IMG/VR virus record: IMGVR_UViG_3300044515_000029
Location: 1-50,523 of that record
DNA: 50,523 nt
Strand: one strand, 5' to 3'
From: a virus
Taxonomy: Duplodnaviria; Caudoviricetes
The notes under the pieces are model-generated. The model made no database searches, was not told the origin of the DNA, and saw only the letters and a list, made by a program, of their open reading frames with translations. Both the position numbers and the translations under genes were made by a program. Positions 9,563 through 17,971 of this stretch are shown in pieces; the stretch's first letter is position 1, and every line of letters begins with the position of its first letter.

Positions 9563-9939
9563 GCGTATTCCTCCATTGATTCGACGGCGCGACCCCGCGC
9601 GATGTTTTCTTCCATTGCGCGCTGATCGCGGCGCTTTATGTTTTCGTCGCCCGTTACCGCTTCCAGGTGCGTAGGCTCGATGCAGAGCGAGTTGACGCAG
9701 GTATGGTCGACCTCGTGGCCGGGCGGGATCGGGCCGACGAATACCTCGTATGAGATTCGGTGCGCTCTGCGCGTGACGTGCCGGCCGCCCTTTAGGCGAA
9801 TGTTTAGACGGCCGTCCTCGCCACCGCCGCGACGCTTCGCGCGCTTGCCCGTCCAGATGCGGCAACCGGTCAGCGGGTCGAGCACGCTGTTCGCCAGAAG
9901 GCGCGCGGCGAGGCTCGCGTATTTACGCGGGACGCTCAT
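9559..9939 (-). CDS. HNH endonuclease
   Basis: GCRIWTG...AHRISYE...VDHTCVNSLCIEPTHLEAVT..EN. Confidence 0.9.
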   Translation of the reverse strand: MSVPRKYASLAARLLANSVLDPLTGCRIWTGKRAKRRGGGEDGRLNIRLKGGRHVTRRAHRISYEVFVGPIPPGHEVDHTCVNSLCIEPTHLEAVTGDENIKRRDQRAMEENIARGRAVESMEEYA

Positions 9940-10793
9940 TACTGCTGATCGGCCTTGACGAACTCGCCGCCCACCAGCGTGTAGAAAACGTCCGGCTCAA
10001 TGCCGTTGTCTCCTACCTTGCTCGCGCGAATGTGCAGCAGCTTTCCGTCGTCGTCGTGCTCGCATAGGACGATGGCGGCGTCCTTGCTGGCCTTGGCGCG
10101 ACCGTACCGGCCGATGCTCATGGCGACAGCGGCTATGCCGGTGGCGCTCGACGCTGAGCTGTCCCCGGTGGCGCTCGACGCTGATCTGTACCCGGTGGCG
10201 CTCGACGCTGAGCTGTACCCGGTGGCGCTCGACGCTGAGCTGTCCCCGGTGGCGCTCGACGCTGAGCTGTACCCGGTGGCGCTCGACGCTGAGCTGTCCC
10301 CGGTGGCGCTCGACGCTGATCTGTACCCGGTGGCGCTCGACGCTGAGCTGTACCCGGTGGCGCTCGACGCTGATCTGTACCCGGTGGCGCTCGACGCTGA
10401 GCTGTACCCGGTGGCGCTCGACGCTGAGCTGTCGGCGTCCGCATGATTCGATGTAGCCGGATTGCAATGCGCGGTCACCCAGGCAATAGCGCGCCCGATG
10501 TAATCAGGAAGCGAAATCATGGCTTTGACGTGCAGCTTTCCGCTCGCGATCTTGCTGTCATCGGAGTGCGTGGAAATAACTCCGCTGGCCTCGACCTCCG
10601 CGAACAGCGACACGCCTGGCGCGTAGTAGCGGAAAACATCGAGCGGGTTTTCGCAGGAGTGAAATCCTCCCTCGCACGCCTTGACTTCGCCATCATGCTC
10701 GAAGGTCTCGCCAACTTTGAATTGGTAACCGCGACACTGCATGTTCGCGTCGAAACCCTTGAAGGCAACTATTTTTGTGTCTGTCTCTTTCAC
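9939..10793 (-). CDS. Phage protein with 11 x 9-aa SASSATG(Y/D)(S/R) repeats
   Basis: N-terminal AFKGFD..MQCRGYQF.VG...C..GFHSCENPLDVF.YY domain; GTG start with GGAG SD (alternative ATG 10838). Confidence 0.8.
   Translation of the reverse strand: MKETDTKIVAFKGFDANMQCRGYQFKVGETFEHDGEVKACEGGFHSCENPLDVFRYYAPGVSLFAEVEASGVISTHSDDSKIASGKLHVKAMISLPDYIGRAIAWVTAHCNPATSNHADADSSASSATGYSSASSATGYRSASSATGYSSASSATGYRSASSATGDSSASSATGYSSASSATGDSSASSATGYSSASSATGYRSASSATGDSSASSATGIAAVAMSIGRYGRAKASKDAAIVLCEHDDDGKLLHIRASKVGDNGIEPDVFYTLVGGEFVKADQQ
10138..10433. repeat. 27-bp tandem repeat, 11 copies
   Basis: CCGGTGGCGCTCGACGCTGA(G/T)CTGT(A/C)C, varying at only two positions. Confidence 0.95.
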
Positions 10794-10834
10794 GGGAGTA
10801 TCTCCATTTGAATTGGTTGGAATTTGTGAGGCGC

Positions 10835-11002
10835 TCATGCGTGCACCATCGGCGCGACGCGCGCACTGCGGACGGTCTCGACCGCCTTGCACTTCGGGCA
10901 ACGAAACTTGTTCGCCGGCAGCGGGCGGCCCCACTGGTTGACAATGAAAGCCTGGTAGCCGTCGCTGTGTCCGCACTTGCAGCGGATTGTTACGGCGCTC
11001 AT
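10835..11002 (-). CDS. Small Zn-ribbon protein
   Basis: IRCKCGH...FRCPKC. Confidence 0.55.
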   Translation of the reverse strand: MSAVTIRCKCGHSDGYQAFIVNQWGRPLPANKFRCPKCKAVETVRSARVAPMVHA

Positions 11003-11274
11003 AGACCCGCCTTCGCGAGCGCGTCGCGCGCAGCTCGGCACGGGCATAGCGGCGCCTCCCGGTCTGAGTGAATGCAATCGCACTCAGCCAGCAGCGGCAT
11101 GACATCGCGCAGCGCCTCGGAAAGATCGGGCGCGGCGGATCGCTGGACACCTAGCGCGATGCACGCTGCAAGCTCGACCTCGCTTAGATGCGCCTCGCTA
11201 TGGTTGCCGCGTTTCGCGAAAACTTGGCGCGCGAGCGCCTGTCCGATTTCAACCGGCGTGCGATAGGCGCTCAT
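10999..11274 (-). CDS. Hypothetical protein
   Basis: AAPDLSEAL...ARDALAKA motif typical of phage early proteins. Confidence 0.6.
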   Translation of the reverse strand: MSAYRTPVEIGQALARQVFAKRGNHSEAHLSEVELAACIALGVQRSAAPDLSEALRDVMPLLAECDCIHSDREAPLCPCRAARDALAKAGL

Positions 11275-11585
11275 GCGCCCTCCATCAGCCGCTCTTGCTG
11301 GCGGTCCCATCGCCTCTCCGCGCAACCCTCGCAGTAGAACTCTCCGGTCGGCGCGCCCCAGGGATCGAGCTGCACGGCGTGCTTCCAGTCGGTGGGCTTT
11401 TCGCAGTCATCGCAGACCGGCGCTGCCTCGGCAGGCTTCATCCATTCGCCATGAAAGCGAGCGGTTCCCATGATTTTGCCGACGGTGAAAAAGATGTCGC
11501 CGCGGTCCATGCCTGGCTTAATCGAATCAGCCAGCGCGAGGATTTCGAGCAGCGCCTTCTGCATGCGCTTTGCGTCGGCGCTCAT
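11271..11585 (-). CDS. Hypothetical protein with CxxC pairs
   Basis: VCDDC...YCEGC; ATGA overlaps. Confidence 0.55.
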   Translation of the reverse strand: MSADAKRMQKALLEILALADSIKPGMDRGDIFFTVGKIMGTARFHGEWMKPAEAAPVCDDCEKPTDWKHAVQLDPWGAPTGEFYCEGCAERRWDRQQERLMEGA

Positions 11586-11818
11586 GCCGCCGCCTTGACG
11601 CGAGCCTTTGCCAGTGCGCGGACGCGGACGACATACAGATGGCCTTCGCAGCCTTCGCTGGACCAACTGACGACGAACGATCGAAAGCCGCGGTCACGCG
11701 CGTATGGCGTTATGGTGACGGCGTTCCCCATCTCGCGCGCTTTCTTGATCAAGTCGCGCACAACCAATGGACGCTCAGCGCGCCAATTGGCGTGCATGTT
11801 GAAAACCGCGACGCTCAT
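11582..11818 (-). CDS. Hypothetical protein
   Basis: ATGA overlaps in operon. Confidence 0.5.
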   Translation of the reverse strand: MSVAVFNMHANWRAERPLVVRDLIKKAREMGNAVTITPYARDRGFRSFVVSWSSEGCEGHLYVVRVRALAKARVKAAA

Positions 11819-12012
11819 CGCGCCACCCCGCGGCGAAGCGCGGACATTGCGGCAGTCGCGGCGGCGCGATCCGCGTCACGCGCGCGGCCTTGTTCGGCTC
11901 CCCAAAACAAGAGGGGCTTGTCGGTTTTGATTTCCAGCACGGAGCCGGTGCGCGCGGCGTGCGCGTCTGCCCAGTCGAACATTTCGCGAGCGACGGCGGT
12001 TCGTGTGCTCAT
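11815..12012 (-). CDS. Hypothetical protein
   Basis: ATGA overlaps in operon. Confidence 0.5.
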   Translation of the reverse strand: MSTRTAVAREMFDWADAHAARTGSVLEIKTDKPLLFWGAEQGRARDADRAAATAAMSALRRGVAR

Positions 12013-12203
12013 GAATTAGTCCCGGCGCGACGACCATTCAGTTCGGCCACCAGGAGGTCAGCGGCAGCGACGGCCAGCTTCGGCGCGTCAGTGGTTACGG
12101 TGTTGCGGGCCAGTAATCCCGCCAGGGCGAAGCCGGCGAAATGCTCGCGCTTCGATAGCTGCGGCGGAACTGGCGTCCCGTTCTGTTTCCTCTTGTTGGC
12201 CAT
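12009..12203 (-). CDS. Hypothetical protein, first gene of leftward operon
   Basis: LSKREHFAGFALAGLLA...AVAAADLLVAEL, common phage motif; AGGAG SD. Confidence 0.7.
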   Translation of the reverse strand: MANKRKQNGTPVPPQLSKREHFAGFALAGLLARNTVTTDAPKLAVAAADLLVAELNGRRAGTNS

Positions 12204-12241
12204 CTCGTCTCTCCTTTGGGGGTGATTCCCCGTTGAGAGAG

Positions 12242-12270
12242 ATTAAACACCATGTGTACTATGTAGTCAA
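12242..12270 (-). promoter_or_regulatory. PL-like promoter with operator
   Basis: TTGACT-17 bp-TTTAAT on minus strand; ACAC-N3-GTGT palindrome at 12247..12257. Confidence 0.75.
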
Positions 12271-12518
12271 CAGGGTGTGTAGTGTTTTTTCACAGAAATG
12301 CGCGGCGGCCTTTTGGACGCCCGGATCGGCCCCTATTTACTGATTGGTGTCCCTGACGGAATCGTCTACGTAGTGAAACGAGGCAGTTCCTCGCCCCCGA
12401 GAGCCGCGAAAACCAACAGGTGGCTAATCTGTGTTTTTATACTCATTCGTCACGCGGGGCATAGCAAGTTCTGTGAATCGCTTCCATGCGAGCTTTGCCC
12501 TGTAGAGTTCAAAATCGA

Positions 12519-12929
12519 TCAGCCGCGCAATTTTTTCCGGCCGGGATTTGCTTGAGCGGTAGATTCGCTGACCTTTCCCTCGATATATCCACGTATCTGT
12601 TCTTTTGCTGTGTCCGGTAGGTTGTCGTACTGTTCGCGCGTCACAGGAGAGAACGGCCACGCATTAGCGAGCTGAACGACGTTTGCCGCAGATCCACTTG
12701 GCAAGTGCTTTGCCTTCACTTCGCGTCCCAATAGAAAATCGACGCTGCAATGCAGAGTATCAGCCGCGTCCTCGAGCTTGTCCGTAGGCATTCCCCTTGA
12801 CTTCCAGTTGGTGATGTCCTGAGCGCCGACGTTCATTTTTTCCGCAAATTTGCTCTGGTTCATCCCGCGGGACTTCGCAAGATCAAGCGCGCGATCAATT
12901 GAGCGTTTATTTCGGTCAGTAGGAACCAC
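12519..12929 (-). CDS. cI: CI-like repressor (Cro/C1 HTH)
   Basis: GMNQSKFAEKMNVGAQDITNWKSRG...SVDFLLGR; divergent from cro; GTG 12929 inferred, 7 nt after TAGCAT. Confidence 0.8.
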   Translation of the reverse strand: MVPTDRNKRSIDRALDLAKSRGMNQSKFAEKMNVGAQDITNWKSRGMPTDKLEDAADTLHCSVDFLLGREVKAKHLPSGSAANVVQLANAWPFSPVTREQYDNLPDTAKEQIRGYIEGKVSESTAQANPGRKKLRG

Positions 12930-12965
12930 GGCCGCGATGCTAAACAATCCGTTTATGTATTTGTT

Positions 12966-13004
12966 ACACGCGGTGTTTGACATGGAGTACACACCGTGTT
13001 TAAT
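12966..13004 (+). promoter_or_regulatory. PR-like promoter with two operators
   Basis: TTGACA (12977..12982)-16 bp-TTTAAT; ACAC-N3-GTGT at 12966..12976 and 12989..12999. Confidence 0.75.
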
Positions 13005-13013
13005 ATGCGCGGC

Positions 13014-13223
13014 ATGACACCTGACGAGACTTCCGATTTGATCACTGCGTCCGGCGGCGATGTCGCTTTCGCTCGACTCCTTGGAATCGACCATGAGCCG
13101 TATGTCGCCCAGCGCGTCAACAACTGGAAGCGGCGAGGAATCCCATCGTCTGTCCTCGTTGCTCACTACGACACCATTCGATCGCTGAAGCGACGACTAG
13201 CACAGCAGCAGTCGGCCGCGTGA
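13014..13223 (+). CDS. cro: Cro-like repressor
   Basis: LITASGGDVAFARLLG...QRVNNWKRRGIP; position. Confidence 0.8.
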   Translation: MTPDETSDLITASGGDVAFARLLGIDHEPYVAQRVNNWKRRGIPSSVLVAHYDTIRSLKRRLAQQQSAA

Positions 13224-13258
13224 CCAAATTTTTTTACCACTTGGATTTGAATTAATCC

Positions 13259-13513
13259 ATGGCTGAAGACCTCAAGGACGTGAGAGCGAAGCTCGATCCA
13301 CAGGTTCATGCCGACCTCTCCGCGCTCGCGACAGCGAAGCGCACTACGCCCGGCGATCTGCTGCGCGAAGCGGTGCTCATGTATTTGGCGGATGAGGAAC
13401 GAAAAGCTCATGAGTACAAGGTATTCCTGCGCATTAAAAACGGCCAGGGAAGCAGCGGGGAAGTGCCGGGGATAGCACCCGGTGAATTAAATAAGTCAAG
13501 CAATGTTCGCTAG
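13259..13513 (+). CDS. CII-position DNA-binding protein (RHH-like)
   Basis: KDVRAKLD..VHADLSALA..KRTT.GDLLREAV. Confidence 0.6.
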   Translation: MAEDLKDVRAKLDPQVHADLSALATAKRTTPGDLLREAVLMYLADEERKAHEYKVFLRIKNGQGSSGEVPGIAPGELNKSSNVR

Positions 13514-13552
13514 CGTACCGACACGTGGTCGAATCTACCGATTGGAGTTGAC

Positions 13553-13795
13553 ATGAAAGCACTGAAAGAGGGGAGCCAGAACGCACGCATCCTCGGTTAT
13601 TTGGCGCACGGCCACACATTGACAGCACTCGAAGCGCTGGAATGGTTCGGTTGTTTTCGATTGGCCGCAAGAGTCAAGCAGCTTCGCGATCGTGGTCACG
13701 ACATCGCCTGCGAAATGGTCACGCGCGAGGAGAAGACATTCGCGCGTTACAGCCTGCGGAACGCTGTCCACGTTTCCCAGTTGAGGGCCGCATGA
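13553..13795 (+). CDS. Winged HTH protein
   Basis: SQNARILGYL..GHTLTALEAL..FGCFRLAARV.QLR..GH.I. Confidence 0.75.
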   Translation: MKALKEGSQNARILGYLAHGHTLTALEALEWFGCFRLAARVKQLRDRGHDIACEMVTREEKTFARYSLRNAVHVSQLRAA

Positions 13796-13911
13796 GCGAA
13801 CCTGTTGACGCGGAAATCGAGACCGCCGCCGAGCTGCTGCAATCCGCTGCGTCCGAGGAAGAACGCGACGCTGAGCTCAGCGCAATCGTCAAGAGGCTGG
13901 AAACGATTTGA
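13792..13911 (+). CDS. Small hypothetical protein
   Basis: MSEPVDAEIE...; overlaps with both neighbours. Confidence 0.45.
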   Translation: MSEPVDAEIETAAELLQSAASEEERDAELSAIVKRLETI

Positions 13912-14684
13912 GTATCCGGCTTATGACGATGGTGTGGGAGCTTGATCTCGCCAGTACGGACAAGCTCGTACTGCTAGCCCTCGCCGACAATGCCAACGAT
14001 GACGGCACCTGTTGGCCGAGCATCCGCAAGATTGCAGAGAAATCGTCCCTATCCGAAAGGGCGGTGCAGAACGCAATCTCAAGACTTCGGGACGCGGGAA
14101 AGCTACAAATTACTGAGCGCTATGGTCGCAGCAATCTGTTCACGATCACCCCCGCAGGAAATGCACCCCCGCAGGAAATGCACCCCGCACCAAATGCACC
14201 CACCCCCGCAGCAGATGCACCCTCACCCCCGCACGTGGTGCGCCCTGGGGGTGCACGTGGTGCACCCATAACCATCATTGAATCATCATCTGAATCTTCA
14301 AGGGAACCGTCACGCACTACGGCGCGCAAAGGCCGCGCCTCGCCAGACCCGCTTGAATTCTTTGATTTAAAAATCGCCTACCCGAATAGGGCAGGCGACC
14401 AGGGATGGCGTAAGGCGCTGCGCGCGGTCAATGCCCGCCTCGCCGAAGGTTACACGTGGATCCAAATTATCGACGGGGCCAAGCGATACGCTGCCTACGT
14501 CCGAGCGACCTGCAACGAGGACACGCAATACGTCAAGCAGGCGTGCGCGTTCGTCGGCCCTGACCTTCATTTTCTGAGCGACTGGAAGCTGCCGCAGACG
14601 AAATCCGGCGCGCGGCTCAAATCAAACATAACCGCGGCTGAGGAATTTATGCGCCGCACGGAGCCAACCCTTGAAACCGTCTGA
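13908..14684 (+). CDS. Replication initiator (O-like, N-terminal wHTH)
   Basis: KLVLLALADNANDDGTCWPSI..IA..S.LSERAVQ.AI; internal iterons. Confidence 0.85.
   Translation: MSIRLMTMVWELDLASTDKLVLLALADNANDDGTCWPSIRKIAEKSSLSERAVQNAISRLRDAGKLQITERYGRSNLFTITPAGNAPPQEMHPAPNAPTPAADAPSPPHVVRPGGARGAPITIIESSSESSREPSRTTARKGRASPDPLEFFDLKIAYPNRAGDQGWRKALRAVNARLAEGYTWIQIIDGAKRYAAYVRATCNEDTQYVKQACAFVGPDLHFLSDWKLPQTKSGARLKSNITAAEEFMRRTEPTLETV
14147..14267. repeat. Putative replication origin iterons
   Basis: About six copies of CCCCGCA-N5-TGCAC (e.g. CCCCGCAGGAAATGCAC twice) inside the initiator gene, as in lambdoid origins. Confidence 0.7.
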
Positions 14685-15207
14685 CCGTCGAGCATTCCTG
14701 GAAATCGTGATCGGCTTTGCAGAATTGCGCGGCAAGCAACTCAGCGCGCCAGCGTTGGAGCTGTATTGGAACGCGATGCAGGACTGGGAGCTTGCAGACT
14801 TCCAGGCCGCTGCGAATCGCCTGCTCAAAACCTGCGAGTGGATGCCGCTACCGCATCACTTCGAGGCGCTTCTCCGCGCCGGGCGTTCGACAGCGGCAGA
14901 GGCATGGATCGAGGCCCGCAAGTGGATCAAGTGGGGGTTGCACGGTTACACGATAGTCGAAGGCGCGCCCCCAATGATCGCTCAGTCCATCCGCGCTATC
15001 GGCGGCGCAAATGTTCTCGGCATGTGCGACGAGGACAAGCTCACTTTCCTGGAGCGCCGATTCGTTGAGCACTACCAGACCATCGAGGACGCAACCGACA
15101 CGCGCGAGGCGCTACCGCAGCTCGCCGGACCGCTGCACCCGCGGCTTGCGGCTGGGTTGAAGCGGATCGCGGCGCCGCGGCCGGCACTGGAGGCGGCAAA
15201 GTCATGA
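14671..15207 (+). CDS. Replication accessory protein (P-position, DUF6475-like)
   Basis: LYWNAMQDW.L.DF..A...L.KTC.WMP.P...AAEAW...IRAIGG. Confidence 0.65.
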   Translation: MKPSDRRAFLEIVIGFAELRGKQLSAPALELYWNAMQDWELADFQAAANRLLKTCEWMPLPHHFEALLRAGRSTAAEAWIEARKWIKWGLHGYTIVEGAPPMIAQSIRAIGGANVLGMCDEDKLTFLERRFVEHYQTIEDATDTREALPQLAGPLHPRLAAGLKRIAAPRPALEAAKS

Positions 15208-15377
15208 CCTGGCAGTGTCACGCCCATCCGGCCAGCTTAGGCGGCAAGCCATGCGGGCACATCAACACCGCTCCGCAATCGGTGCACTTTCAAGGAAAGT
15301 CGCTCGAATACTGTGATGGCTGCGGTTGCACGAAGATTGCGAGCGATCACCGGCTGAAGCTGATCGGTGCCGCATGA
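15204..15377 (+). CDS. Small Cys-rich protein (not in ORF track)
   Basis: MTWQCH...CGHIN...YCDGCG; ATGA overlaps. Confidence 0.55.
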   Translation: MTWQCHAHPASLGGKPCGHINTAPQSVHFQGKSLEYCDGCGCTKIASDHRLKLIGAA

Positions 15378-15649
15378 CCCTCGCATATCAACTCGGCTAC
15401 ACCGCCGGACTTCGCGACAGACAGGGAAAAAAGTACGTGCGGGCGTGCTGTTACGAGGGTCACAACGACGCCTCACTGAAACTGCAACTCGAATGGATGG
15501 ACGGATGGTTCGATGCGTTCACCCGGCGTCGCTCAAAGAACTTAAAGCGCAAAAATCTAAAACCGCGTCGCCCTCACGCCCGCGTGCGCTGGCCGAGAAG
15601 TGAGTATGCGCGACGTCGCCTTGAGTCGCTGCTTGAGGTGGCCGCATGA
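15374..15649 (+). CDS. Hypothetical protein
   Basis: AYQLGYTAG...W.DGW.DA. Confidence 0.55.
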   Translation: MTLAYQLGYTAGLRDRQGKKYVRACCYEGHNDASLKLQLEWMDGWFDAFTRRRSKNLKRKNLKPRRPHARVRWPRSEYARRRLESLLEVAA

Positions 15650-15882
15650 TCTGGTTACGTGGTGACGAGCACTACATTGCGAGCGCCTGCGGAAAATACA
15701 CGGTCACCCGTGACGTGAGGGCCGGCGGGGAAATTCGGTACTCGGCGTGGCGTCGAGTAAAGGCGGCGCCCCCTGGGCAATCGTTCAACCCGCCGGTCAG
15801 CCTGGGCATGCAGTTCAAGACCGCCGACGCGGCAAAGCAGGCGTGCGTTGACGATTCGATGCAGCAGCAGGCCGCGGCATGA
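15646..15882 (+). CDS. Hypothetical protein
   Basis: ATGA overlaps; FKTADAAKQAC motif. Confidence 0.6.
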   Translation: MIWLRGDEHYIASACGKYTVTRDVRAGGEIRYSAWRRVKAAPPGQSFNPPVSLGMQFKTADAAKQACVDDSMQQQAAA

Positions 15883-16310
15883 TCCACGCCTCAGACCTGA
15901 GCCCTGCCGTGCGCGCGAAGCTCGGCATCGTCGACAAGCCCAAGAAGGGGAGACCTAAGCAGGACGAGTCAGCGAACCGGGCGTTCATGATTCAGTGTCT
16001 CGGGCTCAAGATGCCGCCGATGTTGGCTCAATGGCGATTCACGAACAGCAAGCACCCGAACGCGGCATCGCACAAGTGGCGCTGCGATTTTGTGTTCCTC
16101 GAGTATTTCGTCATGGTTGAGATCGACGGCGGAATCTGGATCAAGGGCGCGCACGGGCACCCGACCGACATTATCCGCAACATGCGAAAGCAAAACGACG
16201 CGATGCTTCTCGGCTACACCGTGCTGAGATTCACGCCGGCCGAAGTTAAGAGCGGTCACGCGGTCACGTTCACGCAGCAAGTTCTCAAGGGAAAGGGGTG
16301 GAATCTATGA
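15879..16310 (+). CDS. Vsr/DUF559-like PD-(D/E)XK endonuclease
   Basis: WRCDFV...VEIDGG.W..G.H...KQNDA.LLGY.VLRFT. Confidence 0.75.
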   Translation: MIHASDLSPAVRAKLGIVDKPKKGRPKQDESANRAFMIQCLGLKMPPMLAQWRFTNSKHPNAASHKWRCDFVFLEYFVMVEIDGGIWIKGAHGHPTDIIRNMRKQNDAMLLGYTVLRFTPAEVKSGHAVTFTQQVLKGKGWNL

Positions 16311-16780
16311 GCACGGTTCGCAGCTATACGCCGCAAGTGATGCGCGATGACTACGTTCCCGAGGAAACGCGCCAGGCGCAGCGACGCCTAGCCCCGCACC
16401 TGAAGCCGATCGACGCGCTGCTGATGAAGTGGGCGCCCGAAGCTCGGCATGACGGTGCGCCTCGTTGGCCTGTCGAGACGATGCTATCGCGAATCATCGA
16501 CCAGACTGCGCTCGGAGCATCACAGAGCGGCAGCGGTGCGAGCCTGGCGGCGCCGGCTGATGTCGAGTTTGCAGACTGGGCTGTGTCGTCACTCATGCCT
16601 GACCAGCGTGAGGTTATTTTCGCCGAGTATGTGAAATACAGCGGGCTTTCGGTTGCGAGAAAATGCTCGAAGCTCGGGATGACAGAGGGGTACTGGACAG
16701 CGACGCTCAAGGAAGCGCGCGGCGGTGTTTACCTGCTTTGCAAGACCTACGGTCGAATGCTTCATCTAGAAATAGTTTGA
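16307..16780 (+). CDS. Q-like late transcription regulator
   Basis: IDALL.KWA...AVSSL...QREVI.AEY...KCSKLGM C-terminal HTH; position before late genes. Confidence 0.6.
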   Translation: MSTVRSYTPQVMRDDYVPEETRQAQRRLAPHLKPIDALLMKWAPEARHDGAPRWPVETMLSRIIDQTALGASQSGSGASLAAPADVEFADWAVSSLMPDQREVIFAEYVKYSGLSVARKCSKLGMTEGYWTATLKEARGGVYLLCKTYGRMLHLEIV

Positions 16781-16851
16781 ACCTAGGTTTAGACCCCTGT
16801 TCAATGCACCCTCATGAAAGTCATGCGTAAAATGGAAGCCACGCCAAAAGC

Positions 16852-17337
16852 ATGAGCGTAAGTTCGCTCAATCTGTATGACCAGGACGGACGGATTCACG
16901 GCCATTACGTCTACATGTTGCTTTGTCAGGATGCCAAGGTCGGGCCGATCTACGTAAAGATCGGAATTACGACAAGTCCGATCCAGAGATTCAGGGCGCT
17001 TCGTTGCGGATGCCCGGTCCAACCTAGGATTTTCGCTTATTTTGACGCGCGCACTAAGACGGCGTCTCGAAGGATCGAATCGTCTCTGCATGCCGCGTAT
17101 GCAGGCTGGAACGCTCATCTTGAGTGGTTTTGCTTCACTGAGGCCGATAAGTCTCGGTTCAACGAGATACGGCAAGCGGTCATCTCTGCGAATACCAATG
17201 GGCCGGTCCAGTGGAACAAAATTTCGGTACGTGAGTTGATCCGTATCGGCGAGAGAAACAAGCGATTCTCGCAGCGCCTTTTCGCTACTCGCGGCCCGGC
17301 GTACCAGGCTTTCATTAAGGATCAGGCAGCATGTTGA
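16852..17337 (+). CDS. GIY-YIG (T5orf172-like) nuclease
   Basis: YVYMLL...YVKIGIT.SP..RF..L..GCP...IESSLH...EWF. Confidence 0.75.
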   Translation: MSVSSLNLYDQDGRIHGHYVYMLLCQDAKVGPIYVKIGITTSPIQRFRALRCGCPVQPRIFAYFDARTKTASRRIESSLHAAYAGWNAHLEWFCFTEADKSRFNEIRQAVISANTNGPVQWNKISVRELIRIGERNKRFSQRLFATRGPAYQAFIKDQAAC

Positions 17338-17935
17338 AAGAAGACGCCCGGTACGATTACGTCGAAGTGCAGTCTGACCCGCGACCTGTTGTCGCGCGCA
17401 TGTACTCACGTCCTGCCGGGCGTTTTTCTCCACGTCGGCACGGAACGATCACGCTGCCGACCGGCAGGCCGAGGATTCTCGATTGCGCTGCGCTACCGAT
17501 GCAGTCCTACCTGCAAGAGCGTTTCTCGCACGTCGGCAGCCGCAGCCACGCTGCCCGGCTGCTGCAAGCTGAGAATAAACGCCGTTATGATGCGGCCGCT
17601 GCTAGGGGAAACCTGCCGCGGTCTCGAAGTTCCGGCGAATGGCATCCGATCACCGCCGCTGAAATTGCGGCAGGCCTGTCAACGCTACGGGACGATCACC
17701 CGAGAAACGGCCGAACGCCGCCGGCAATTGAATCCGACTTGTTGCCGATGAGGCGCAGACGCCCCAAAATTCAACACCACCGCGCGAAAGTAGGTAAGGC
17801 GTAAAGCTAAGCCTTCCCCTTCGGGGCAGAGCGGTATCAATCGCGGCGCCGGACGAACTACCGGCAGAAAAAGAACCGGCCGTAAGGTCCGGCAGCACAG
17901 CCGCAACTCATACCCGCCATAGAGCGGGTTTTTTT
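17338..17935 (+). ncRNA. Candidate ~600-nt structured RNA or late-operon leader
   Basis: About 13 consecutive stems with G-U pairs; UUCG, GAAA and GUAA loops; repeated CGA loops; ends in a terminator. Overlapping ORF 17331..17804 is unconvincing. Confidence 0.5.
17912..17935 (+). terminator. Intrinsic terminator
   Basis: ACCCGC-CATAGA-GCGGGT-TTTTTT. Confidence 0.85.
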
Positions 17936-17971
17936 ATTCCTTAATTTCAATCAACCCGCTTGGAGCAGTCC

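Noticed and set aside
10138-10433. CRISPR array
   Set aside because: Units are contiguous with no spacers, are in-frame coding, and no cas genes are present
12930-13166. N-terminal extension of cI in the ORF track
   Set aside because: Would overlap cro, the operators and PR
17745-17770. Hammerhead ribozyme
   Set aside because: CCGATGA-stem-CCAAAA does not match the CUGAUGA/GAAA core
17331-17804. 157-aa protein-coding gene
   Set aside because: Arg/Pro-rich with no motif, and fully overlapping dense RNA stems; not listed as a CDS, although its start overlaps the upstream stop so it is not excluded
17773-17835. c-di-GMP-I riboswitch
   Set aside because: GAAA loop and GCGTAAAGC are loosely similar, but the GGCAAACC start and tetraloop receptor are not evident; needs Infernal
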